From: Bilabrum cf. latius
Taxonomy: Eukaryota
Assembly (NCBI GenBank): GCA_965178125.1
Contig: OZ237749.1
Location: 992,001-1,056,000 of the forward strand
DNA: 64,000 nt
Reading direction: 5' to 3'
Shown here: one piece after another, positions 12,501-23,866 of the stretch
Layout: every line of letters begins with the position of its first letter
Numbering within the stretch: position 1 is the first letter of the stretch
Translations under genes and position numbers: made by a program
Notes under the pieces: generated by a model
Told to the model about the DNA's origin: nothing
The model's database searches: none
Seen by the model: the letters and a program-made list of their open reading frames with translations, nothing else

Positions 12501-15500
12501 CCGGGCTGCGGCGAGGAGAGGCTCAGCATGCCAGTGGCGGCGTCGCTTGGACGCAGGACGAGGCTATTCAGCGCTTGGGCGACGCGGTCCGACTGGCGTA
12601 CAGCTGTCCTGCGAACGCTGGCAAGCATGATCTGCAAAGGACGGTGCTTGATGTGCAGCTGAGGCTGGCTTCATTCCTTCAAGACGTTGCTTCAGCGAGG
12701 AGGAAGGCGTTCTCGCTGCACGCCAGACATATGGATCGCTACAGCGAGCTGTGGGGTGTATTGAGCCATCTGCAGCAGCACGTCGTTGCCCTCCAGCTCA
12801 ATGCCAAACTAGGGGAGTCCGCTGCAGAGGGGAAGCTGATACAGGTGCGCAACGCATCGGCCGCCCTTCGCACAATGCATGACCTGGTCTTGTCGCTTGG
12901 CAGGCTTGTGGACTCCAGCCACATTACGGGCGTGTTCACCGCAGCAGGAGGCGTCGAAACGTTGTTGGAGCTGGTGCTGCTGCTGCCAAAGTACAGACCA
13001 AATGCAAGCGGGGAGGATGTGAACGAGCTCGCGGCGGAGGCCTATGCACCCGCCGGTATGCTCGGGTTGCAAGGGGGGGCCGCCCCCGACTCCATACCGC
13101 CCCTGGTGAGGCAAGTGGCAGACGAGTCCGCAGCGGTGCTGCAGTCGTGCCTGCAACACTCACGAGCGCCCCTGAAGTAGTGCCTTGCACAACTGGATCT
13201 ATTACTGCAGCGGGCCGCCCCTGCGTCCAAGGTGACTCCCATCCTTGTGCTAGTCCTTAGCAGGGTGCATGTCCAGGAGGAAGGGGTCTCAGCCGACTTC
13301 ATTCGGGGAGCTTGCAGTGCACTGCTGGATGCAGCACCGGATGTGCAGCTCTCGCAGCTCGACTTGGTGCGTGCCTTGCTGCGCCCAGGCGGTCAGATCA
13401 ACCCCAGGCACCAAATGATCATTGTGAGAGAACTCACAGCCACCAGCAAGTCCGGAACCAGGCCAACTGGTGCATTGAATGATGCTCCAGGTCAGCGCAA
13501 TCCCATGCTGCAGGTTGTCGGGCTGCACGAGCCCGATCAGCTGAAGAGGATGGTGGAGCTGGCAGACGCTGGGGGGCAGCAATCTGTGGATAGAAGGCAG
13601 CTCGTGCTGGAGCTATTGCGGCTGCTACACGACTCGGCGCCGAACCAGTTGGTGTACGATTCTGGCAAGGCGGTCAGAAGGCACGAAGAGGCAGCCAGGC
13701 TCATTCAGGCGTGCGTGGACTGGCGCGGAATCGTCGCACTACTCGTTTCAGTAGGCTCGTTTGACTTCAAGGCCGCTTTGCTGCGGTTTGTGGAGCAGAT
13801 TTTCGGCTCCAGCGTGGCGAATGGATGGATGGATGGAGCTTCCTTGGTGGTTTCAGCGATGGATGGCCTGACTGCCTCCGAGATTCGCCGCGATGTCGCC
13901 AAAGCAGGGCTCACCAGCGACGAGCGAGCACCGGGGTCAGCGGGGGCTGCCAGCGCCGGTGCATCGTCCCCCGATGCAGGTGCACGCGGGTCTGGATCGC
14001 GACTACGGTCCCCCAGGTCGTTTTCGATGAAGCTGTCGGGTGGTAACGGTGTGAAGCGGGCTACGGGCGGTGACCTTGGCGCAACTAGCAACAGCAAGAC
14101 AGGGTAGCGTGACAATAGCGGAATCTATATTGTGCATGATGTGACGCTGCTGCCGCCTCGCTCCCAAGCTATTGGTCTCATGCTGCGAGACATGTCTGCT
14201 TCCGTCGAACTGTGGTGCCTCGAGGTGCTGCAAGGCCTTGCATGCGGCAGCAACACGGCGCGATCACCACTTGAATCATTCGTCTTTTAGGCTGCCCTGC
14301 CGTTCACTGTGGGGTACTTCCACAGCTCATTCGTGCAGGCTGCCAGTCTTGACCTGCGAATCAAGGTGCGTGAGTACTTTGCCGTGCTTTTGTCAGCTGC
14401 CCAGCTAATCTTGGCAGCAAGTCGGGATGGGTCGGGCGAAGGCGACAACGGGTTGGACGGAGCTGGGCGGCCGGCTTCACCAATGCCTGATGGCCGTAGC
14501 TTTGGCGAGCTGTTTCGTGCACGCGTATCACGCAGACCCGAAGGTCTTGCATGGCTGCGACAGCGATTAAATACTCTTTCCCGTGACGATGTCATGATGC
14601 TATCGAATGCTCTGCTGCACGTTGTGGACCCACAAGGCAAGCAGCGCGCGTCGGGCGCATTCGCAGGACTGGCCAAGCAGGAGTCCGAGATGATACAGAC
14701 GATCAATTCGCTGAGAGACTGCGCCGCTGAATTTGGGTCGCCAGGTCACGGCGATGACACTAGTGGCGGCAATCGCTCATAGGCGGGTCCGGGGCCGCCA
14801 AGTCCGGTCGATCGAACCATGTCTGTGGCCATGCACCGCGAACTAGCCGGCGCGAAGGAGTCGTTAGGCAGCGCCATCTCCGAATTTGTCCGGGCTCTAG
14901 ACACGAGCTAGTTGGTGCAAACGGTCCAGTTGCTCCTGCTCGACTCTCGATCAACGTCATCGGACTCGTCATGGATCGCAACAAGGCCTCGCGTGGTGGT
15001 TACGCTGCTCGAGGCTCTCGCTAGTGTTGCCGGCGAGGAAGGCGGGAGGGACCGCCTCGTGAGGGCCCGGGCTCCCCGACTCGTGGTGGAGTGCATGGCA
15101 GCCGCAGGGCACGCAGCTGGCGGCCGTGCCAACCACGGCGGCGGCAGCGGCGGGCACTCTGCTGTGGTAGAGTCGGCACAGCGACTGGGCAGAGCGATGT
15201 TGGAGGGCGGGTTTGCGCCCGCCCAAGAGGCGTTGCTGGGAGCGGCTGAGTCCAACGGGCAGCTCATGGCAGTCGTTGCTCGTGAATTGGCCGCCCTGCC
15301 AACGGCCCTCAGTACCAAGCAGGACTCCGTGGGGGCCAGCAGCTCAGATAGAGGAGGGGCTCAGAGCTGGGAGGGCGGGCTGACGCTGCTGTAGTTCGTG
15401 CAGCAGTGCTGTGAGGGCCACAACGCCCGCTTCTAGGACGCGTTTCGGGAGCAAGCCGGCAGCGCCACCCAGCACGATATCGTCACAGCCATCGTGCAAC

Positions 15501-17929
15501 TGCTGGGACGGATGTGCATATAGGCAGGGCCGTGGTGGACTGTGCTGGTGTACTGGGACGCATGGTACGAACATGCTGACCTCGCTGTTCACGTGGCAGC
15601 TCTCCTGCAGACTATCGAGACCTTGACGGAGATGCTGCAAGGGCCCAACCGAACCAACCAGCGGATTGCATGTGACTCCAGGCTCCTTGAGACAGTGACC
15701 TGGATTCTGGATGCGTGTAGGAAAGCCTATTTTCACTGCGGCGTGTACACGCAGCCAATTCCTGACGACAACGATTATGGTAGCTGGCAGCAGCTGCAGG
15801 TGTGCACCGATGCGGATCTGGCCAACCGTAGCGATGGACCGGCTACTGTGGCCGACGAGACGTATGACTTGGTAGGTGGAAAGTCTCGGCAAGACATCCT
15901 GCTAGAACTCCAGTACAAGCTTCTCGGTCTCGTACAGGCCCTTGTTGAGGCTGCTCCATCCGCCAGGGCCTCCAAGGTGGCGGCCGGTACGATGCTGCAG
16001 CTGCACGGTCCGTTCCTGCTGGGCCGACTGACTATGGCTGCCACGAAGTCGGCACTCGGGTCAGACGCAAGTGAAAGCGAAGGGCATTTGTAGAGCTCTG
16101 GTGCTGCATCCCGCAGCCTGCACGTCGACACGGTCCGTGTGAGCGGCGAGTCCTTCGGCCAGCTGGCTCACTCTACTTGCGCCGAGGACGTGATCCTTCA
16201 GTGGCTGTGCACGGTAAAGCTTCTGTGCGTGCAGGTTGGTATGCATGGAGAGCTCATAGAACTGGCAGATGGCGCTTCACGGGTGTTGCACCGAGGTTCA
16301 AAGCCTGCCGTAGGGTCTCGAGCGGCCTCGGGCAGGCAGTTGTTGCAATCGCTGGAAGTGGATGAGCGGCAGGCGGGTAGGTCGGTGTTTCTCCACGGTC
16401 ATTTCGATGCCATGAGCCGTGAGGATGGGGCAGTCGTGCAAGAGGCTGCCGGCAAGCTTTTGCAGTTACTGGGGGACGAGCGAGCGAGGACAGTCCTTCA
16501 GCAGTGGGGTCGCCACGTGCGGCAGGTGGACGTTTTAATAAGCGGCGGGCTTGAGTATCTGGTGTTTCCGCTCCCACCAGTCATTCGAAGGCGTAAGCAG
16601 GATCAGGGTTGGCGCGCCTCGCGTGATGCCCTTTTGTTTGACGTTGACCGCAGTAACCAGCAGGCAAAAATCACAGATTTCGCGAGGCGGTACGATGATC
16701 TGCTGGAAGAGCTGTGCTTGTTCCCGTCCATCCGTGGGTCTTGGCTGGCGACGACCTAGTCCACCTGGCAGTCTATTGCATTTGTGCTTGTTCTTTTCAT
16801 ACACGTGGCGTTGCTCTTTTCTGATTCGCCTCTCAGCGATGACGTTGATGATGGGTTCGAGCTGGCTCTGCTGCCGCTTGGCGTCCTGCACGCCGTCGTG
16901 TCGGCAGTACGTCTAGCCAGCGCTGCCAGTTCCCGGGGCCCGCTATGGCTCGGTGAACAGGCAACAGCACTTGCAGGACGTGGTGACGTGCTGCCGGACT
17001 GGGACACGGCTCCCAGCGTTGAGGACAGCGACGATGCTGGCGATCCGGACCCGGCGGGTGGGAGCGTGGTTCTTACCTCCCTCTTCACCTGGGGCGCCTC
17101 GCAGGACATCCTGTACCTGCTCGTTTCTATTGCTGCGACTGCGAGCGGTGTGTGGCAGCTATTCGTGTACCATCTTCTGTTTGATCTTGTTCGACTGAAT
17201 GCCCTGCTGCAGCAGACCCTGTCAGCCGTGCAAGCCTACAGCGGCTCTCTGGCTGCAGTGGGACTCTTTTTCTTTGCGCTCATCTACATGTTTGCTCTGA
17301 TCGGACAGGCGGTCTACAGCCAGGACTACCCGGAAGGCACCTGTGAGACGCTGCTGGAGTGCGTGCTGTTCACCGTGGCGCAGGGCGGGGCGGGGAGCGG
17401 CATGGGCGACATTCTCGAGCGGGTGCTCGACTCACCGAGTGGGGGCAACTCGAGCAGCAGGTCGGCTCGGCAGATTTACGAGGGTCTCGGCGGTGGCAGG
17501 GCTGTGTTTGACGTGGCATTCTTCCTGATCATTCCGCTGACGATGCTCTCGATCATCTCGGGTATCATCATTGATGCCTTTGGCGCGCAGCGAGACTAGT
17601 TCCAGTAGGTACAGTCGGACCAGGAGTCCAAGTGCTTCGTGAGCGGTTTCGAGTCTAGCCACTTTGACAGGGCGGGTCGCGGTTTTGCGTATCACATCTA
17701 GCACGAGCAGAACATGTGGGACTACGTGTACCTGGCGGGGTACCTTCGGCTCAAGGACCCCACCGCATGCTCGGGCCTCGAGTCGCGGGTGAGTGACCTG
17801 ATGCAAAGGCAGCTAACGAGCTACGTTCCAATGGGCATGGCTCGGGTGGGGCGGGTGCAAGGGGAAGCGGAAGCTGATAGCACGAGGGGAGATGAGGCAG
17901 TGGGCAAGGATGTGGGTACTACTGGGTGA
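6509..17929 (+). CDS. IP3-receptor/ryanodine-receptor-type Ca2+-release channel (~3,806 aa) with two inserted Cache-like domains and a ZZ-like zinc finger
   Basis: 15 listed ORFs lie in one frame, broken by 24 TAG and no TAA/TGA. IP3R/RyR motifs: RIGDTLHL, VRYGQIVQL, WFVV*, CCEGHNARF*DAFREQ, TLTEMLQGPNRTNQ, a transmembrane region, pore loop GSGMGD, IISGIIIDAFG, KCFVSG, HI*HEQNMWDY, KDPTACSGLESRV. Confidence 0.92.
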
Positions 17930-18193
17930 GGAATGTAATGGGCTGCCTCGCAGGAAAGCACTGGTACAACAGGCGATAATCGACTTGTTGCAGCGCAGCA
18001 TGCGTCTGTATGACGCAGGCATCGCGCAATCCAAGTCACTGCTAAAATAAACACTGTGTAACGATGGGATACAAGCGCCTCGAGCCGGCTGCCGACCGTG
18101 GCACAGGGGCAAAGGCCACAACATAGCTGCAATTGCAAGGCCTGTGCCCCCCTGTGTGCCGCCCTCAGGAGACCAAGGAGAAACACGACACTT

Positions 18194-19453
18194 TTAGGAA
18201 CTGGCACACGCAGGCCCCGAGTAGCCTGGGTCACATACGCACTCGGGGGCCGCCCGTGGATGTGCTCTACCAGAAAGCCCCTGGATGGGAGGCGGCTGCA
18301 GGGAGGCGCACGCCCCGTGGCCGCTGCAGCTCTTTCGACTGCACTCCTCTATCTCCAGCATGAGTTGCTTGGCTAGCGGGGCCTCAGTGGTGTTGAGGTA
18401 AGCCAGGTAGTCCTGCGCGTACTTGCCCCCGCTCCTCCCCGGGGAGCCCCAGAGCAAGGGGCCGTCGCCTAGCGGGGGCAAGTAGCTGCCCCAGAGCAGC
18501 GATGCCATGTCGTCCCCCGTGATCGTCTGCTCTCCGCTGTGGTAGTAGGCCCATCCGAAGGGGCGCGCCCTGGACACGGGCTTGCCTTTTTCTTTCGGGC
18601 CATAGGTGCTGACAAGCCGTACCGTCTCATTGGTGAGCCCCTTGATGTGCTCGCGATTGACGAAGGCGGCCTGGGCGTCGGACCAGTAGAACGGCTTCTC
18701 GAAGAGGTATGCCGTGGGGAAAATGCCAGTGCTCGCTTCCCAGAGAGGGGCAAGTGCGTCGTTCTGCTGTCGAAGCGAAGGCGCGACGCTTGGGTTGTTG
18801 TAGCCGCACTTGGGCTGTGCCGCGAAGATGTCATCGCAATCCATCTCGCCCGAATAGCCTGGGAAGCCGTAAAAACCCCACTTGGCCTTCGGCCGAAGGC
18901 TGCGTGCAGTCTGGAGCGTTCGAACGAAAAAGTTGATTGCGGCAGACTCAAAGTCTTTCTTTGCCTTCGCCTCTGCCTCGATAATCGTTGCGTTCGGGTC
19001 TTGCTGGTATACCAGCTCGAGCGACAGCAGCTGATACCCAATGAAATGGTATCCTGCGTCCGTGTCTGTGTTATCGTCCCATCTTGGCGACCAAGCTTCG
19101 AAATCAAGCACTGCGTTCCCGTCAAAATCGGGGTCAGGGATCCAATCAACAAGTTGCTTCTTGAGCAGGTCCAAATGCAGGCTGATGTTTGCGGCTTGTG
19201 GAACACCCCCATTCACACGGGCTGATGCATTCGGAAAGACTGTTGGGAAGAGGCCCTAACTCCAAGATTTGCATCCAGGCAGCCGGCATCCGCCGCCCGT
19301 CTGAGAGAAGGAGCAGTTTGCAATACCAGCGTCTGCGTAGAGGGCATTAGCTTGCGTCGCTATTGATGCGGGAAGGGACAAATCGCAATACGGTTGGAAG
19401 TATTGCGCTGCAAATATAACACTGATATGTAGCAGAGCCACAGCCACCAGCAT
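18194..19453 (-). CDS. Secreted glycoside hydrolase family 56 (hyaluronidase-like) protein with C-terminal EGF-like Cys module (~419 aa)
   Basis: Signal-peptide-like MLVAVALLHISVIFA. Motifs: *GLFP...NGGVPQ, catalytic LDFEAW, LRPKAKWGFYGFP, NDALAPLWEASTGIFP, CSRKSCSGHGAC. One TAG (19256-19258); TAA stop. Confidence 0.88.
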
Positions 19454-19580
19454 GATATGCAACTGTTGGCGATCAGTCCGCCAATGGATTGTGTGCCCGA
19501 GTCAACTCGTCACACAGCTACGAATCGAGCACAACGGCCAGTAGACTCTCTAGATCAACTAAACAACAAAACAGGCACAA

Positions 19581-21953
19581 TCACTCGCCTCCCACCCTTT
19601 TCCCCACCCTGATGCGCACCTTGTAGCCATGCCCGTCCGCCCGGTGCCTGCCCCCGTCGACAGAGCCAAGGTCTGAACCACTCTCCGTGCCAGAGGCAGT
19701 CCCAACAGTGGAAGCCAGGCCGTCGTTGCCATCGCCATGACGCCTCGTCAAGCGCGCCCCCTCGATGGCGTGCAGCTTGCGCAGCAGCTGCAGCTCCTCC
19801 AGCATGGATCCCAGCACCCTGCAGCTCTCCTCCAGCCCGGGCCCTAGATCTGCCGCCCTCCTCTCAGGCCCACGCCCACCACTACCCGCGCCTGTGCCTC
19901 CGCCGCGCATCTGCCCGCCCTTGCCCATGCCTATGCCCTTGGTGCCGCCACTGCCCCCACTTGACTTGCCGCCATCGTCGGCACCCCCACTTCCGGTCTG
20001 CCTGACACCATCCCCATCCCCATCCCCACCACCTCGACCCTAGCTGTCTCCCAGGTACGCGGACCCAAGCAGGGAACACGCATGCGCCGCAAAGCCATCC
20101 AGGGCAGGCAGCAGCAGAGCGGCGCCTACGAGCCGCCGCAGTCGGGGCATCAGCTCCCGCCGGTCTGTGCACCCCACCATCCGGCAAGCCTCAACCAGCA
20201 TCTCGCTGTCCCCTACCCATGCCTCGCCCGCCTCCTTGCCCTCGCCCTCGCCATACCCCACCCCCGCACCATCGCCGCCCCGGATGTTCCCCAGCTCGAA
20301 TGCCTCCGTGTCCCCGCCCAGCCCGGCCTCAGGGCCCCTCCCAAACGCACCTGCGTGCACTGCACCCCCTTCCTGCCTCCAGGCGTTGTGAACAGCCGAC
20401 ATGTCTTCCTCCCCTGCAGTGCGCTGCACTCCAGCCAGCGGGTCTGCCAGCGATCCCGGCAGCAGCGAATGCCGGAACATGTCCGTCAGCGGAGGCACGA
20501 TGGCGCCGCGCGCTGCGGAACCTAGCACCCGCCCCACGACCGGATCGCCAGCGCACCGCAGGGCGAGGTCGAGGGGGGTGGGACGGGAGGCAGGCGGGCC
20601 CAGGGAGGAGGAGAGACCTGATAACGGAGGCGGCTGCCCGACTCGCTCGTAGGCGCTGGCCCCAGTGTCGCGGGAACGGGCGACGGCCCTGGACCCGGCG
20701 GCTCGGTGCGTCCAATCGGCATCCAGGGCTGCCGCACTACCGTCGACTTGGCGACCTGCTCGCGCCCTCATGCGGTGCATCGCACGGTCCTGCCGCGCCT
20801 GCCGCCGAGTGGCCGAGGACCGCTCTCGGAAGGCTGTCGGGGCTACAGCGGGGGCGGCTGGCATGGCTGTCCGAGCGGATGGGGGCTGTGTGCCCTTTCT
20901 CGGCTGCAGTGCCCCTTTAGCTGCGGCGGCCGCCCGTTGCCCGTAGGCTCCGGCATGCGCCTGGGAGCTGACGAGTGCGAGGTACAGGGCCTCGGTGCGT
21001 CGCTGGGCGGCTCGCAGCTGGGACAGGGGCACTGTTCCGGGAGCGGGGGCTGGGTGCACTGCAGTGGGTTGCAGGTGGTCCGGGACGGGGCCTCTTGTCG
21101 CGTCATAGCTGCTGTACTACTAGGCTGAGGTCGGCCGCACGTGCCGCCGCGGGTCGTCACCACGACGCTTGGGCTTGGCAGGCGGCTTCTCTCCCCTTGT
21201 CCCAGCCTGCCTTCGCTGCCGATCGCTGCTGCTGGGATCGCTCCTGGCACTATGGATCCTGACAGGTGGTGTTGCATGCTGTGCGTCCAAACGGCCTGCT
21301 TCTGACGCTGCCTCAGGCTGGGGCGACTGCCGGTCCTCTGCGGTCTTCGGCGAGGATCGCGAGGAGCTTCGCGCTAACGAGATCGCCCCGCCATGGGGCT
21401 CCCGGCGTGAGCTTGGTATGCTAGATGCAATACTGCTTCGATCGGAACTTGAGCCAGTTTTTGGCCACTGGGATTGCACAGGCCTGCCGGGGTGTTGTGG
21501 CGGAGTGGCCGGTCGCGAAGAATGTCTAGATCCCTACGCAGACAGTCTTCCGGCAAGCGCTGCCGTCAATCGATCAATAGCATCTAATTGCTTTGGTCCC
21601 CGGGAGGGTATCGTATCTGAGCCGGAGCTCAGCGTTACTTTGCCCCGAAGCTTGCTCCGAAACTCGCCAGCGGAGCTGCTGCCCTCCCTGTCAGAGCTTC
21701 CGTCACTTTCCGAACGGCTAGCAGCGTCCCCAGTTTGCATCAAGTAGCTAAATCGAGGATGGCTTGCAGTCACGCTTGACATGGTGCTTTCAGGTGCTCG
21801 GTGTACGCTGTATTCAGTCGCAGGACGCACGGTCAAAGCTCTGGCTGACGGCGCTATTGAAGTTGGAGATAGGGTGCTCATCACTACCCTCCTCGCATTT
21901 TCGAGCAAATGGACATCTGATTGACCTAAATTGGTGGCATCACTCTCGTCCAT
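19581..21953 (-). CDS. Hypothetical protein (~790 aa), low complexity with a predicted helical C-terminal block
   Basis: ORFs 21534-22043, 21120-21479, 20040-21059 and 19581-19928 share one frame joined by TAGs; TGA stop. The ATG at 21953 was chosen because an upstream gene ends at 22047. No family recognised with confidence. Confidence 0.6.
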
Positions 21954-22046
21954 GGCAGGCAACTTTGCGATCTGGTCATCAATCCTGGATCGGCGACCAA
22001 CGGCTCGCGACAGCCGGTTGCAACCATATCCCGGCAGCATCATCTG

Positions 22047-23741
22047 TCAAGCCTTGCCGAAGCTTTTCCACAGCTTTTTGGCGGCATCTGACATTTCTGC
22101 AGATTTTGGTGCGCTGGTTTCCTCCACTGAGTGCATGTCTGCCCGCCGCCGCTTGGGTGCAGGCTCTCGCCTCCCCAACTCACGGAGCTCTGCAGCCCTG
22201 TCAACGCCAATGCCAGAGCCAGAGCCAGAGCCAGCGCTGGGACCCTACGGCGGGCTGCTGCCACTATCATGCCTTCTGTCGCTCCTAGTATTTATCCTGC
22301 CATGGTGCCTCCGTGCATCTTGACGGCCCCGCTTCCGGCTCGATCGATCCCCAGAGCCCCCACCGGCCCCCTCGCCCCGTGTGCTTGCATCAGCTCCTGC
22401 TTCTCTGCTTGCTGCCCTCGATCCCGAGGCACGCCTCCTCTCTACATCCATGCCCCTAGCCCTTCTGCGAGACCTGCCCCTCTCTCCCGCGAACAAATCT
22501 TCCTCCTTTCCTTGACCTTCACGGCGAGTATCATTGCCAGGGCCACGCTCTATTGCTCGGTCTTTATCACGACCTCCATCACGGTCTTGATCACTGCAAT
22601 AGCCGCGGTCTACACCACGAGGGTCGCACCGGCCCGATTCGGATCCGACCGAGGGGCTGCGGCTGGTACTGCGGTGCTTGTGCCTGCGATGTCGACTTGA
22701 GTGGCGGTGGCGGTGCCTGTCTCTGCTCCTCCGAGTCGCAGCCTCTGCTCGTTTCCTTGAGGACCTCGAGCTCGCCGTTCCATGGGAAGCAAGCGCCTCC
22801 GAAACGGCCCTCGCTGCCTCTCCGGCCAGGACCGATGCACCCTCCCTCCGTCTCCGCGCCTCTCTCTCTGATGCCCGTCCCTTCAAACGATCGAGCGGGT
22901 GCCTTCTCCCTGCGGGGCTGGACCCTGCTGCCTTCGATGCTGCCCTGCCATTGCCAGAACTGCCATTGCCAGCGGTGGATCTGCGCGTGGCTCCCAAGGC
23001 ATCTCTCGGGGAATCGCTGGCGGAGGAAGCAGGGGGTGCAGTCGGTAGATTAAGAGCACATGATCCGCCGATAGAGAAAGCGGCAGGATCCTCTTGGACC
23101 TTGTCCGTGGCCCGGCCCATCACTGCCTCGGCAGCTAGCAAGGCGCGCTGCCTCGCCGCATCAAGGCTACCGGGTGGGTTACTCGCAGTTCCGCGGTTCG
23201 ACTTCAACAATGCTGGTGATTTTGAGTACCACGGTGCCTCAATGCCTCCTGTAGCCCCCGCTTTTGCAGCGAACGCCCCCAGCGACAGTGCGCCAGCCAA
23301 GCCTTGTTCGTGGGCTACAGCTTCTGCACGAGCCTGATGAGTCCTTTCCAATTCCCGCCCAGTCCTGTGAGAAGCGATCATATCAAGTCGACGGCGGACG
23401 CTCTCATGGCTGGAACTGCTCCTCTCAACAAGCTAGCCGAGCGAACCTTCAAGCAATCTGAGACCTCCGGCAACTGTCCCGTCGTCCTGAGCGAGTGCAT
23501 CTGACTATCTGGACTCCCGCGAGCCGCTACTACTTAGTTTACTTTCCAGCTGGTCGGATGACTCTACGCTCGCCGGCTTGCTGCCCAACCCAGACCATCG
23601 TGCCGCAGAATCTTGCTGCTGTTTCTGAGCAAACTCTTCTGCAAGCCTCTAGTCCTCAAGCTGCTTATCGTGCCGAACTTTCGCCTCATTGTTTTTATTC
23701 CACACATTCCATGACTTGTGGCGCAATATGTTCAGGGACAT
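22047..23741 (-). CDS. LENG1-like protein (CIR N-terminal-type domain plus Arg/Ser-rich tail; ~564 aa)
   Basis: The N-terminus MSLNILRHKSWNVWNKNNEAKVRHD resembles LENG1/CIR_N (MNILPKKSWHV...N..RVRRDE). The frame continues through TAGs into ORF 22245-23381 and ends at TGA 22047-22049. Confidence 0.75.
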
Positions 23742-23866
23742 AGCTGCAATGCTGAAGTAAACTATTTGGTCCAGGTGGGCACCGCTCCGAGTTGCCACTG
23801 CCAGTGGTGTATGTGTATCGTGTGTGATGAAGTGTGGAAGTGCAAGCAAGATTAGTGCTGCAGAAA

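Noticed and set aside
6509-17929. Pseudogene or sequencing-error explanation for the many internal stops
   Set aside because: All 24 interruptions are TAG, with no TAA, TGA or frameshift, and several fall on conserved Gln. Random decay would not give this pattern.
19581-20300. CEP70-like identity for the hypothetical protein's C-terminal helices
   Set aside because: The resemblance is only impressionistic and cannot be supported without a profile search.
22043-22049. TGA read-through joining the LENG1-like gene to the downstream same-frame gene
   Set aside because: Only one TGA is involved, TGA is the dominant stop elsewhere, and a good ATG exists at 21953. The shared frame is plausibly chance.
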